Assembly (NCBI GenBank): GCA_002269645.1
Contig: NIVC01000555.1
Span: 183,938-247,937 of the forward strand
Source: Macrostomum lignano
Lineage: Eukaryota
Length of the DNA stretch: 64,000 nt
Direction: 5' to 3'
Below are positions 43,019 to 56,760 of the stretch, piece by piece. The position numbers were made by a program, and so were the translations under genes. The notes under the pieces were generated by a model. The model worked only from the letters and a program-made list of their open reading frames with translations. It was not told the origin of the DNA and ran no database searches. The stretch's first letter is position 1. The number at the start of each line of letters is the position of its first letter.

Positions 43019-43309
43019 TTAGTCCTTATTATTTAACTGCACCAGCAGCAATCGCAGGATCCTCTGCTGACAGCGAAGTTTCCTTAGCAGACTGGCCACC
43101 AGCAAGCTCATAGCAACCAAATCTGCCGCATCCTCTCTGCCGCCGTTGCTAGACGCCCGGGTCACCATGGCAACAGCCGCAGCGGCCAGATCCGAATCGC
43201 GACGCTGTCGTCTTGTACATGATGCACTACTAGCAACTCCGTTTGCTAGACCGCTTTTGATTACAGCTGCTGTTTTTGAAGGCATTTTGTCAGGCGATTG
43301 AGCAGTCAC
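43019..43309 (-). CDS. Small intronless orphan protein (88-96 aa)
   Basis: GC-rich ORF in AT-rich context; TATA-like TATAAATA about 50-70 bp upstream; C-terminal amphipathic helix ending LRLLL. Confidence 0.45.
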   Translation of the reverse strand: MTAQSPDKMPSKTAAVIKSGLANGVASSASCTRRQRRDSDLAAAAVAMVTRASSNGGREDAADLVAMSLLVASLLRKLRCQQRILRLLLVQLNNKD

Positions 43310-43892
43310 CGCATGGAATGAGGCGCGTGTGCAGTATTTATGAATAGTTTTATTTATACGTATATCAGGCCGATCGGCGTCGTGTGCACTGACTGGCCTA
43401 TATATACACTTGCTTTAATATTAAGCTATAATAATATGTATATAGTACGTCTAAATTAGTCAGCGGAAATCGCTAGCAGGCAAATGAATAACACGTATTT
43501 TATTATTAAGTTACCAGTTGATCGAAGCAGTACAATTGCTACAAATGCCCCTGCAGTGAGCGATGCTTAACTGCAATTGCGACAAACTCGAAACTGCAGA
43601 CGTGTATGATGGAAGGATACATATTCGTACATGTACGAGTATTAGGAAATCGAAACAGTGTAATTGTGACACTTAATTTTGATACGCTGTGCATGCGGGT
43701 AGCTATTGTATCCTATACTCGTAAATCATATATTCTCATATCTGAAACAAGATCAAATAAATCCAAGTCTCTAAGCTCCTATTTTACAGCTACATGTACA
43801 TGTAAAATCATGAATGTCAACATGTCATCATAGATTCGGTTGTCTGTGGTCTCAATCCGTAACCATCCACTATATTCGATTGTCTGTCATAA

Positions 43893-44030
43893 TATGCAAC
43901 AATATTTGATAGTCTATGGTCACAATCTGCAACAATATTTGATAGTCTATGGTCACAAATTGCAACAATATTTGATAGTCTATGGTCACAATCAGCAAGA
44001 ATATTTGATAGTCTATGGTCGCAATCTGCA
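43893..44030. repeat. 33-bp minisatellite
   Basis: AATATTTGATAGTCTATGGTCACAATCTGCAAC units, about 4 copies. Confidence 0.88.
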
Positions 44031-44923
44031 GCAAGATTCAATTGTAAATGGCTATAAGATTTACGCAAACTTATCAGTGAAATAAACAATATAGTAAAAA
44101 TCAAAGAATAACAAAACTTGCTTTCCTGAACTTTTTACAACAAAAGCACCTTATATTGCTATCGTGTTACAGTAGTAAAAAGGTTTTTACAATAGAAAAT
44201 TAAGAAATATACATGCGCCTGGAATTGCTTCACGTTTCGATATATAGCCATCTGAAATCTCTCGATCATCTGAAGAATACAAAATTAGAAAACTACGCGT
44301 GAAAAAAATTATTCTTTATAAAAATTTAGGTATATAGCTAAAAAAATCTCTGCGCAATTAATAACAATGAGGACGCAAACCCAACTCAATATAGGGCAGG
44401 ATTATTGACATAAAAATAAGTACTGTAGCTAAATTCTTGTAGTTGTGCTTTATCAAAAAGCCCTTCAAAGAAATATTGGTAAAGGTCTGGATTAATGCGT
44501 TGATAAAAAAAATTGCATACAGAAAAGGTATTGAAGACACGAGTACATTATTTGGAGTTTCCAAGAAAGGACAGTTGACCACCTAGATGATTTTATAGGA
44601 AAGACAATAAATTCTAGGATGCAGTTAATTCTATTAATAGATTCCCATACAAAATATCGAAGACCGAATAGTGAGTTTTCTAATGTCCGAAATTTATTTT
44701 GACTTTTTCATGGATGCAGAGAATATTTTTTAGGGTTCAAAACCTCTTCCTAGTCGTTTCTTGGAAAAGCCCAAATGATTATCATTTTGGGTTTCCAAGA
44801 CAATATAAGTGCGTATCGAGCGATAGTTGAAGGTCGCCGCGGACAGCACACAGCAGCTTGACTTAACCCATACTTCTTAACTGACGAAACCCAAAATAAC
44901 CAAAGTACACAGTAGTGTCCTGT

Positions 44924-46386
44924 CTATTGCCGTTTCAAATTGTTCAATCGAGCCTCCAAATCGGCGTCAAGATCGGCTCCGCCGGCGCCGCCATCAGGGC
45001 CTGGAGGCCCCGCAGCAGCAGCCGCAGCAGCAGCAGCATGCTGGCGCTCACCCCCAGCAGAGGCTGGAGCGGCGGCCCCCGGTTCAGGCATCTGGCCAGC
45101 CAGATCGATGCCCAACTCGTCCAACACCTGGGTGACAATTTTTTCCGACTCATCCGCATCTTCATCTCCGCCAATGGCATCGTCAATGGCGTCGGACATC
45201 ATCTCCTCTTTCATTTCCATGATCTCAGATTCTTTCTCAAACTGAGCCATAATCTGCTGCAGCTGAGGCAAGTTCATACTTTTATTCATTCGCTGCATCG
45301 TTCGAGTGACGCCTTTCATGGCTTGAGCCATCTGATTGGTTGAGCGCAGAGTTTGAACCTTTGCGGTTTGAGTTGACAGGTGATACTTTAAATTAGGTAT
45401 TAGGTATTAAGACCACACTTTTTAAACTATCTGGACCTTTTATGTAACCACTTGACAGGAGAAAAGCTCGCTCTCGGCGTCATTGAAGAAGGTAATTTTT
45501 TCAAGAACACATTAATCATGCATCAACTTAATACGCAGCTTTTTTAACCAGATCAGTCACGGGATTTCATGGATCAATCGATAGAGGTACAAACAAGCCT
45601 GAGGGCATCACCCTCTCCATCTCGCTGTCTGACACCCTCGCCCTCTCCCTCCCTCACTGTCTGACACCCTCGCCCTCTCACTCCCTCACTGTCTGACACC
45701 CTCGCCCTCTTCCTCCCTCACTGTCTGACACCCTCGCCCTCTCACTCCCTCACTGTCTGACACCCTCGCCCTCTCCCTCCCTCACTGTCTGACACCCTCG
45801 CCCTCTCACTCCCTCACTGTCTGACACCCTCGCCCTCTCCCTCCCTCACTGTCTGACACCCTCGCCCTCTCACTCCCTCACTGTCTGACACCCTCGCCCT
45901 CTCCCTCCCTCACTGTCTGACACCCTCGCCCTCTCACTCCCTCACTGTCTGACACCCTCGCCCTCTCACTCCCTCACTGTCTGACACCCTCGCCCTCTCA
46001 CTCCCTCACTGTCTGACACCCTCGCCCTCTCCCTCCCTCACTACCTGACACTTGTAAAAATGAACTCAGCAGACAAAACCACAATCAAAAATTGAAAAAA
46101 AATCACAACCAACCTTAAGCCCCACAGCCTGTATGTTGGCTCGCATCAAGATAAACTTCTTCACATAGTTTCTTGTTCGTACAAGATCTTTAGCCATGAT
46201 TTTAACTGCATCCATTTGGCCCTGTTTAGCCAGCTTCTTAATCTCCATAATGGTTTTCTGCTCCTCGCGCTCCAGACGCGTCCTTTCCCGATCTAGATCG
46301 CGCGTGGCGCGGTTTAATGCGCGCTGATTTTGGCGCAGCATCTCTTCTGGCGTCTTGCGCCGACCAAATATGAAATCTAGCGCCAT
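44924..46386 (-). CDS. CHMP2A: ESCRT-III subunit CHMP2A/Vps2 (235 aa, 2 coding exons)
   Basis: Exons 46386-46114 and 45358-44924; FGRRKTPEEMLRQNQRALNRA..., MAQAMKGVTRTM... and C-terminal DADLEARLNNLKR (MIM1). Confidence 0.96.
45620..46050. repeat. 32-bp minisatellite in the CHMP2A intron
   Basis: CTGACACCCTCGCCCTCTCMCTCCCTCACTGT units. Confidence 0.95.
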
Positions 46387-48587
46387 TGCTACTCTGTTGA
46401 TGGGAAAAATTACAGGTGCAAAGCTGATTGAAGATTTCTTTTTTGAATAAATTTTGTTAAAAGTACTTGAATAGGGCACAAGCTTAGTATTTGGAAATAA
46501 TTAGCCTTATCCTATAATTCTTTTATAGGATAAAAGAAGCGTTTTTCTTAGCCCTCTTTTATTATTTATTATTATTCTTTTATTATTTGCTTGATTTATT
46601 TATCAAAAGTTTTCAATGGCTATATGGACAAAATTTCATATTTAATATAATCAGCCCCCCATGCATATTAACATCAAGCTTAACAATTAAAAATTAGTTA
46701 TTTAGCATTAGAACTTAGACCTATTAGCGTTAATGAGTTCTATAAAAAAAGCAATGTCTAGCCTATACAATATATAATTAATTATACAAAATATTCATAC
46801 ATGTGCAACCTCTGAAATACACTAGCCATGCAACTTAGTTTTTATTGAAAATGTGACTTTTTGCAATCGACTTAAAAAAATAAAATATTGTCTATTGACA
46901 ATTCATTTTTAAATGTTGTCAAGAATTGTAAAAAAGTCATCAATTTTGTTGCTTATATTTGGCTTGCCACAAATGACACTTTACACTTTACAAATTACAA
47001 CTGAGCCAGATTAACTAGGTGATCCAACAGTTGTGTATGTATTACTATATTATATACATATTATATAGAAAGCCTAATAATAGTGGGTAATCTACAAATT
47101 CATAAATATGGCATAAGGCAAACATTGCCTTTGCCTCTCATACCTAAACCTGAAGTTTAGCTAAGCCTGTTTATTAATTAGATTGAATCAGGCTGTTTAC
47201 TTTTTTAATTGATATAAAAAGCAAATTTTATTTAAAATTTAGATTTCATATCATAGTTCTTATAGAGCCTAATTCAATAATAATAATTTCGAGTATGACG
47301 CAACGCCGGCATGAGAACTGTACACTTCAAGTACTTGTACTTTGTACTACGCTGTAAGATTGATCAGTATCAGTAAGAATATCATGATAAGGCCTCATTA
47401 ATTTTTAGTGCTACGCATAGAAAATAATTAAAAAATTAAAATGATCAAATCTAATCGACAGCAAGCAGAAACGAATTAATGCTATTTTTGAATATACAGA
47501 CGCTTATTGATGACCGATGACCGTGTTGGTTAGGAAAAATTAGTCATACTGGATTGAAGTTAAAATCGGCTCAGCGTCTTTGACTGAAGTAACAGTGCAA
47601 ACATTTTGTACACATATTGCTGTTATAATTTTTCTTTTCGTAAAAAACGGATGGTAGCTTGATACTTTTTAGATACCTAGCTAATTAGTTTGTTTAATTA
47701 TTCCCTCCACGATAATTATTTTGTACTCGGACCACTTTACATGAATTCAGACTTTGCATTGAAAAAATTGAAGCGCGTTATCTACTGGCCTTGCGATGCT
47801 GTTGTGATGATAATATGTTATTACGATACGTATTGATCTACGTATGTGAGACCTGTTAAATTTCTCGTTATAATTTGTAGGGAATGTCGCCTTTGCATGA
47901 GTATTTGAAGACAAACGTAAATCTACATTCCACAGTATATGCATACATGTGGGTATTTTACCCTTAATATGCGTTTCTGTAGTGGTATATAGCATTCATT
48001 ATTTTACCCATATTTTATTTAGTAATAAAGTAAGCCTATTTAATTCATTTAGCCAATCATAAAAGTTATTGCAGTTTATTGATTTATTTACTGAATTCTG
48101 TCTTGATCGTCTCAGCCAATAGGAGCTCAGATTCTGAGTATTTTTTATGAAAAGGAGGAAGCTGAACAGAAATGCAATCAACTTGCTTTTCTACTGGCCT
48201 AAACTTTCCACCTATAATTAACTCCCCGTTTGCCTTTTAAAACTTAAGCTCCATGCAGGGACTACACTCGCAAACATGTTTATGTTAATTAGATTGAATG
48301 ATTAGCCAATTTAATATTTAACTGTTTACTCACTACTCAAACATGTTTGAGTAGTCCCTGACTTGCTCTTATAAAACCCTCATTAAGGATCGGATCTGTC
48401 GTAAAAGCTCCAGGGTAAAAAAGGGGAGTAGACGTGAAGTTTAATATTTCCCTAAAATAGGATAAGGGGAAGTCGTGTAGGCTTTGCTAAAAGGGTGCAT
48501 GTATAGAAGAGAGCAGACTGTAAAAGCTAGACGAGTAAATATTTAGCTACTTTCAAATTAAAACATATTTGGGGATACAGATCAGCA

Positions 48588-49181
48588 TTAAAAAAGCCGT
48601 GAAGTATAGTATTGGGAATGCATGATGACTGGGAAAGTTTTGATCCTTTGGTAACGCTGCAGTGTTAACTTTTTGGGTATAATTTCAAAACTCCAGTGTG
48701 TTCCTCTCGGGCAACTCTCGCTACTACCAAACAAGGTTTTGGTGTCAGCAGTGGTGAGATAGAAAAGAATTAAGATAGCCTCCCCCATAGGCCACCATAC
48801 TTGGACTATGAATTTCAAACTATTTAGCTGGGAAAAAGATAAACATGTACGATCGTAACTGATCGCTGCACTGTGAATGTCAGTGTCTTGACGCACATGA
48901 ACGAATTGAAACTAGATATAAATCCTATCTAGAAAAAATGCTATCATGTAGCATATATTTGTCTGACAGCATTCTTCAAAGGGGGATGTCGTACGAAAGC
49001 TATTCTCGTATATCGTTAGAGAGCCATTGCTGCAAACTAGACTGCAATTACTGGATACATTGAAATAGATCAATAACAATGGTACGAGCTGTAGCCAGAA
49101 TCGCATAGAATTATCCATCCCCAGGTCCTTAATTACCTTATGCAACGAATGCCAATTACGGGATAAAATGCTTGAAACCAC
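48588..49181 (-). pseudogene. Possible secreted Cys-containing protein interrupted by one in-frame TAG
   Basis: ORFs 48912-49181 and 48588-48896 are in the same frame, 5 codons apart; signal-peptide-like MRFWLQLVPLLLIYF. Confidence 0.3.
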
Positions 49182-49518
49182 CTGTATACCTGTACAACAG
49201 AACTAGCATCAGTCAGCAGGCTGTTGACGAAACCACTGAGAGTGTGCGCGTCTCTACAGGTATACACATACGGTTCAAGTAGAATAAGCAGAAGACTCTA
49301 ATTATGATAAATCGTTCTGAAATGCTCTGAACAAACTGCATGCTCTCGAAGGACGAATAGATGCAAGTGCACGGATCTGTCTATGGTCAAAGCTCAGGTT
49401 TATTAATACGCCCAATTGGATCCATCATCATCATCATCATCATCTCAATTGTTTCTTGCCAAATAAAACTGAACAAGATTTATTCCACAAGTTCCACTTA
49501 GTAAAACGTTGATTTGAA

Positions 49519-52500
49519 ATGCTTGAGCACAAAAAAATTTCCTTAACGACATTGACGCAGCAGCTGAAATACTACTTGGACATTTTGCAGGAAACTGTTC
49601 GATACTTCACTAAGCTCCGTGTGATATTCTATTCAGAATTGGCTCTAATAATGTTCTGCATAGCCGATTTCACTTTCTACCTGACTCAACTGGGCATTGT
49701 TCTGAAGATCAGCGTCAAGAATTATGCATTCAGTCACGCGGCTATGAGCAGATCTGTACTGCTGTCACACATGAACTACGGCATCTGGAGTGAGGTGTTT
49801 CTAGTCCTGCTGCTTCTATACTTATTAGAGTCGGTCGTCAGAATCTACTACATAATGAAGCTGGCCTATTATCACAACCAAAAAGTCAAGGACGGCGACC
49901 TGTGCTGCATCAACTGCCACCAGGCGCTGCTGTCAGCCGCCATGACCACCGAGGTTTCGGCTCCGCACATCCTCAGCGCCATCAGTCTCATTGTGTTCCT
50001 CATCTACTCTAAGGTGAACATTGCCGCCCAGACTACCCAGCTGTACAAGGACTACTTCAGGGAGAGTCCGTTCATCGATATCAAGGATATTGAAAGCCTG
50101 GGTCACAAGCTTGAGGAGTCAACTTACTATGAGATGGGCAAACACGTGATTGAAGTGCTCAACGACTGCCGGATCAACGCCAGTCAGATGTCAGTTGACG
50201 ACAGCGTGCATCGCTTGCTGCTCACCGGTCACCTTCTGGGCGTGGTGAAGTACGACTGCTCAAGGCTGGCTCTGCACTGCAAGTACAGCAGGTTGGTGAC
50301 GATGGTTGGAGCGGTAGAACCATGGAAATTCTATTTTAAGTTTGCTGTGTCCAGAAAACTGTATCCTTGGTGTCATGTAAACAAATTACTATTTGAGATA
50401 GTTAATTAACTTACCGACAGGTACAAGTTGCCTATTAGCATGTGTCAGCGAGCTAATTAACTCGGTTTAAGGTAGCTCATTAACTTGGTTTCAGGTAGCT
50501 CATTAACTTGGTTTCAGGTAGCTTATTAACTCGGTGTCAGGTAGCTAATTAACTCAGTGTCAGGTAGCTAATTAACTTGGTTTCAGGTAGCTAATTAACT
50601 TGGTTTCAGGTAGCTAATTAACTTGGTGTCAGGTAGCTTATTAACTCGGTGTCAGGTAGCTCATTAACTCGGTGTCAGGTAGCTAATTAACTTGGTTTCA
50701 GGTAGCTCATTAACTTGGTGTCAGGTAGCTAATTAACTCAGTGTCAGGTAGCTAATTAACTCGGTGTCAGGTAGCTCATTAACTCGGTGTCAGGTAGCTA
50801 ATTAACTTGGTGTCAGGTAGCTCATTAACCTGGTGTCAGGTAGCTAATTAACTCGGTGTCAGGTAGCTCATTAACCTGGTGTCAGGTAGCTCATTAACCT
50901 GGTGTCAGGTAGCTAATTAACTCGGTGTCAGGTAGCTAATTAACTCAGTGTCAGGTAGCTCATTAACCTGGTGTCAGGTAGCTAATTAACTCAGTGTCAG
51001 GTAGCTAATTAACTCAGTATCAGCTAATAGCTAATTAATTTTATTTCAGGTAGCTAATTAACTCGGTATCAGGTAGCTAATTAACTCAGTGTAAGGTAGC
51101 TCATTAACCTGGTGTCAGGTAGCTCATTAACCTGGTGTCAGGTAGCTCATTAACCTGGTGTCAGGGAGCTAATTAACTCGGTGTCAGGTAGCTCATTAAC
51201 CTGGTGTCAGGTAGCTCATTAACCTGGTGTCAGGTAGCTAATTAACTCGGTGTCAGGTAGCTAATTAACTCAGTATCAGCTAATAGCTAATTAATTTTAT
51301 TTCAGGTAGCTAATTAACTCGGTATCAGGTAGCTAATTAACTCAGTGTAAGGTAGCTAATTAACTCGGTGTCAGGTAGCTAATTAACTCGGTGTCAGGTA
51401 GCTCATTAACTCGGTGTCAGGTAGCTAATTAACTTGGTGTCAGGTAGCTCATTAACCTGGTGTCAGGTAGCTAATTAACTCGGTGTCAGGTAGCTCATTA
51501 ACCTGGTGTCAGGTAGCTCATTAACCTGGTGTCAGGTAGCTAATTAACTCGGTGTCAGGTAGCTAATTAACTCAGTGTCAGGTAGCTCATTAACCTGGTG
51601 TCAGGTAGCTAATTAACTCAGTGTCAGGTAGCTAATTAACTCAGTATCAGCTAATAGCTAATTAATTTTATTTCAGGTAGCTAATTAACTCGGTATCAGG
51701 TAGCTAATTAACTCAGTGTAAGGTAGCTCATTAACCTGGTGTCAGGTAGCTCATTAACCTGGTGTCAGGTAGCTCATTAACCTGGTGTCAGGGAGCTAAT
51801 TAACTCGGTGTCAGGTAGCTCATTAACCTGGTGTCAGGTAGCTCATTAACCTGGTGTCAGGTAGCTAATTAACTCGGTGTCAGGTAGCTAATTAACTCAG
51901 TATCAGCTAATAGCTAATTAATTTTATTTCAGGTAGCTAATTAACTCGGTATCAGGTAGCTAATTAACTCAGTGTAAGGTAGCTAATTAACTCGGTGTCA
52001 GGTAGCTAATTAACTCGGTGTCAGGTAGCTAATTAACTCGGTGTCAGGTAGCTAATTAACTCAGTGTCAGGTAGCTAATTAACTCAGTGTCAGGTAGCTA
52101 ATTAACTCGGTGTCAGGTAGCTCATTAACCTGGTGTCAGGTAGCTAATTAACTCGGTGTCAGGTAGCTCATTAACCTGGTGTCAGGTAGCTAATTAACTC
52201 GGTGTCAGGTAGCTCATTAACCTGGTGTCAGGTAGCTAATTAACTCAGTGTAAGGTAGCTAATTAACTCGGTATCAGGTAGCTAATTAACTCAGTGTAAG
52301 GTAGCTAATTAACTCGGTGTCAGGTAGCTAATTAACTCGGTGTCAGGTAGCTAATTAACTCGGTGTCAGGTAGCTAATTAACTCAGTGTCAGGTAGCTAA
52401 TTAACTCAGTGTCAGGTAGCTAATTAACTCGGTGTCAGGTAGCTCATTAACCTGGTGTCAGGTAGCTAATTAACTCGGTGTCAGGTAGCTCATTAACCTG

Positions 52501-55500
52501 GTGTCAGGTAGCTCATTAACCTGGTGTCAGGTAGCTAATTAACTCGGTGTCAGGTAGCTAATTAACTCAGTGTCAGGTAGCTAATTAACTCAGTGTCAGG
52601 TAGCTAATTAACTCAGTGTCAGGTAGCTAATTAACTCGGTGTCAGGTAGCTAATTAACTCGGTGTCAGGTAGCTAATTAACTCGGTGTCAGGTATTCGCA
52701 CATGCAGGTATAATTTATCTGATAGCCTGCAATCATTAGCCTACAATAAGCCAATAGCGCATTAGCTAAGCAGCAACAACTGAAAACTCATGGAATTTCA
52801 GCCGCACAAATCAAATTTCAGTTTCTACCTGCAGCTGTCAATCGAGTCGGTGCAGTCGCTAATTAACTACACGGTGATTCGAGGGCTATTCGGTCACGTG
52901 ATCAGGTTGCACCAGTACGAGGTGTACAATCAGCAGACCCGGCTGCAGACCAGCGGCGGCACCCGGCTCATCCAGGTGTACAAGGTCCGGCACACTATGG
53001 GCCAGAAGAGCCGCCGGAGCGTCATGGAGCTGCCGAGGCGGGCCCTGATGTCGCTGGTCAGCCTGGGCACCAATATGGCGTCCCGGTTTCGCAGCTCCCG
53101 GTGAGCACAGACTCAAAATGTTGAAAGGCAACCCTTTGAAACAATATGGCGCCCCTGGTGCTGGCGCCCCTGATGCTGGCGCCCCTGGTGCTGGCGCCCC
53201 TGGTGCTGGCGCCCCTGGTGCTGGCGCCCCTGGTGCTGGCGCCCCTGGTGCTGGCGCCCCTGGTGCTGGCGCCCCTGGTGCTGGCGCCCCTGGTGCTGGC
53301 GCCCCTGGTGCTGGCGCCCCTGGTGCTGGCGCCCCTGGTGCTAAAGCCACTAGTGCTAAAGCCCCTGGTGCTAAAGCCCCTGGTGCTAAAGCCCCTGGTG
53401 CTAAAGCCCCTGGTGCTGGCGCCCCTGGTGCTGGCGCCCCTGGTGCTAAAGCCACTAGTGCTAAAGCCCCTGGTGCTAAAGCCCTGGTGCTAAAGCCCCT
53501 GGTGCTAAAGCCCCTGGTGCTAAAGCCCCTGGTGCTAAAGCCCCTGGTGCTAAAGCCCCTAATGCTAAAGCCCCTGGTGCTAAAGCCCCTGGTGCTAAAG
53601 CCCCTGGTGCTAAAGCCACTGGTGCTGGCGCCTCTGGTGCTAAAGCCCCTGGTGCTGGCGCCTCTGGTGCTAAAGCCCCTGGTGCTAAAGCCCCTGGTGC
53701 TAAAGCCCCTGGTGCTAAAGCCCCTGGTGCTAAAGCCCCTGGTGCTAAAGCCCCTAATGCTAAAGCCCCTGGTGCTAAAGCCCCTGGTGCTAAAGCCCCT
53801 GGTGCTAAAGCCACTGGTGCTGGCGCCTCTGGTGCTAAAGCCCCTGGTGCTGGCGCCTCTGGTGCTAAAGCCCCTGGTGCTAAAGCCCCTGGTGCTAAAG
53901 CCCCTGGTGCTAAAGCCCCTGGTGCTAAAGCCACTGGTGCTGGCGCCTCTGGTGCTAAAGCCCTTTCCCTAATTAAGTCGTGACCCCCGTCCTCAGGGAG
54001 GTCCACCGGCAGCAGTTGCACGAGGAACCGAAAGACACACCGTTCCTGAGCCTAACGGAGAACAACGTCGAGGAGCAGGCTCTGCTGACGGCTAGCGCCG
54101 AGTCCTGCCCAACCGACAAGTTCCAGACGCCGCAGGCGGCCAGCAAGTCCTCAGACGGGGGCAAAGGTCACGGCCAGGGGCCGCAGCTGTACAACAGGAA
54201 AACTGCGGCCAATCCCAGGAAGGTGAACTATGAACACGTGAAGGTCAGCGAGCTCTACCCCGGATCGCTGGAGACTGTCGACGAGCAGCAGACTACTGAT
54301 GGGTGAGTAGTGTCATTCTGCTTTTGGTACACGGCGTAAAAATAATGAAAGATGAAAGACAGTCAAAGACGGCGCCAAATTGAAGACGGTCAGAGACGGC
54401 GCCAAAAAAGAAATCAGTCAGAGACGGCGCCAAAATGGACGACAGTCAAAGACGGCGCCAAAATAGTAGACAGTCAGAGACGGCGCCAAAATGGTAGACA
54501 GTCAGAGACGGCACCAAAATGATAAACAGTCAGAGACGGTGCCAAAATGGTAGACAGTCAGAGACGGCGCCAAATTAGTAGACAGTCAGAGACGGCGCCA
54601 AATTAGTAGACAGTCAGAGACGGCACCAAATTAGTAGACAGTCAGAGACGGCGCCAAATTAATAGACAGTCAGAGACGGCGCCACAATGATAAACAGTCA
54701 AAGACGGTGCCAAAATGGTAGACAGTCAGAGACGGCACCAAATTAGTAGACAGTCAGAGACGGCGCCAAATTAATAGACAGTCAGAGACGGCGCCACAAT
54801 GATAAACAGTCAGAGACGGTGCCAAAATGGTAGACAGTCAGAGACGGCGCAAAATTAGTAGACAGTCAGAGACGGCGCCAAATTAGTAGACAGTCAGAGA
54901 CGGCGCCAAATTAGTAGACAGTCAGAGACGGCGCCAAATTAGTAGACAGTCAGAGACGGCGCCAAATTAGTAGACAGTCAGAGACGGCGCCAAAATGGTA
55001 GACAGTCAGAGACGGCGCCAAATTAGTAGACAGTCAGAGACGGCGCCAAATTAATAGACAGTCAGAGACGGCGCCACAATGATAAACAGTCAGAGACGGC
55101 GCCACAATGATAAACAGTCAGAGACGGTGCCAAAATGGTAGACAGTCAGAGACGGCGCCAAATTAGTAGACAGTCAGAGACGGCGCCAAATTAGTAGACA
55201 GTCAGAGACGGCGCCAAAATGGTAGACAGTCAGAGACGGCGCCAAATTAGTAGACAGTCAGAGACGGCGCCAAATTAGTAGACAGTCAGAGACGGCGCCA
55301 AATTAGTAGACAGTCAGAGACGGCGCCAAATTAGTAGACATCCCCGCCTACTCAACAGGAAGCCATCAGCGCCCAGGCAGGCACCCGCCGGACCACAGGG
55401 CGCTCCAGACCCAGCTCCTATTCGGCAGACCCAGCAGCCGCAGAAGCAGCAAGATTCAGCAACAAACAGCACTGAACAGCAACAAAAGCAGCTGGTCAAT

Positions 55501-55686
55501 AATAAGCCAGAAGACGAGAAGAGGTCAGATCTAGACCAGCCTCTGACAGAAAAGGACATTTTGCCGGCACTGCAGAAAGACGGTCTGATGAGCACCACAG
55601 CCACAATTTGTCGCAAACTCAAAGCCAAACGAATCAATGACTCCATCTTCACGGACGAGACCTTCTACTCGCTGGAGAGCACGTGA
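49519..55686 (+). CDS. Divergent Popeye-domain (POPDC/BVES-like) membrane protein
   Basis: Exons 49519 to about 50376, about 52834-53100, 53997-54302 and 55359-55686. N-terminal TM helices; QLYKDYF, SVDD..LLLTGHL, LHCKYS and NYTVIRGLFGHVI...Y align by eye with POPDC motifs. The first splice junction is ambiguous. Confidence 0.6.
50450..52695. repeat. 23-bp intronic minisatellite (about 2.2 kb)
   Basis: GTCAGGTAGCTAATTAACTCGGT units with higher-order variant blocks. Confidence 0.97.
53146..53962. repeat. 15-bp intronic minisatellite
   Basis: GCCCCTGGTGCTGGC / GCCCCTGGTGCTAAA units; source of the APGAG and LKPLV ORFs. Confidence 0.96.
54355..55340. repeat. 28-bp intronic minisatellite
   Basis: GACAGTCAGAGACGGCGCCAAATTAGTA units. 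Confidence 0.96.
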
Positions 55687-55929
55687 CCCGAGTGACGGGC
55701 TGGACGAGTTCATTGCTATTAACAGGTAGATTCCCCCAAGGCTTTCAACGTACATGCATGCGCTCTGTTTCATGTCAGTTCAATAGTGCTTCAATAAATC
55801 ATAAATGCTAATTAATGTGAACTGTTTTATTCTGCGCATTAAGATTATAAATAGTACTTATAATAGTTATAGTTCAAAGTAAAGTTCAGTCTGAAGACGC
55901 TTGCATGACATTCTGCAGGTCTCACAACA

Positions 55930-56760
55930 AACACCCTGTGCTCTCACATAACACCCTGTGCTCTCGCATAACACCCTGTGCTCTCACATAACACCCTGAG
56001 CTCTAGCATAACACCCTGTGCTCTCGCATAACACCCTGTGCTCTCACATAACACCCTGTGCTCTCACATAACACCCTATGCTCTCACATAACACCCTGTG
56101 CTGTCACATACACCCCGTGCTTACCCATAACACACTGTGCTCTCTCATAACACCCCGTGCTCACCGATAATACCCTGTGCTCTCACATAACACCCCGTGC
56201 TCACCGATAATACCCTGTGCTCTCACATAACACCCCGTGCTCTCACATAACACCCCGTGCTTACCCATAACACACTGTGCTCTCGATCATAACACCCTGT
56301 GCTCTCTCATAACACCCTGTGCTCTCACATAACACCCTGTGCTCTCGCATAACACCCTGTACTCTCGCATAACACCCTGTGCTCTCACATAACACCCTGT
56401 GCTCTCGCATACCACCCTGTGCACTCACATAACACCCCGTGCTCTCGCATAACACCCTGTGCTCTCACATAACACCCCGTGCTCTCGCATAACACCCTGT
56501 GCTCTCACATAACACCCCGTGCTCAAACATGACATCACACCCTTGTGCTCATCCATAACAGCATGTGCTCAGCCATAACACCGTGTGATCATCGATAACA
56601 CCCTGTGATCACCCATAACACTGTGTTGAAACATAACACCCAGGTGCTCACCCATTACACCCCCTGTTTTCACAATCGCACATAACACCGTGATAAACCA
56701 TTACACCCAGTGATCATCCATAGCACCGTGCTCACACATAACACCCTTGTGCCCACACAT
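55930..56760. repeat. 20-bp minisatellite
   Basis: ATAACACCCTGTGCTCTCAC units, degenerating rightwards. Confidence 0.94.

Noticed and set aside
44924-46386. Functional link between CHMP2A (membrane repair) and the putative pore-former cluster
   Set aside because: 14 kb away with unrelated genes between; a housekeeping gene with no shared regulatory motif seen.
48256-48360. CAGGGACTAC inverted ends and a 24-bp palindrome (48332-48355)
   Set aside because: Possible MITE relic, but no target-site duplication and no second copy in the window.
53118-54021. Collagen/elastin-like GAPGA and LKPLV ORFs
   Set aside because: 15-bp minisatellite inside an intron; the flanking exons splice in phase (53100 to 53997) without it.
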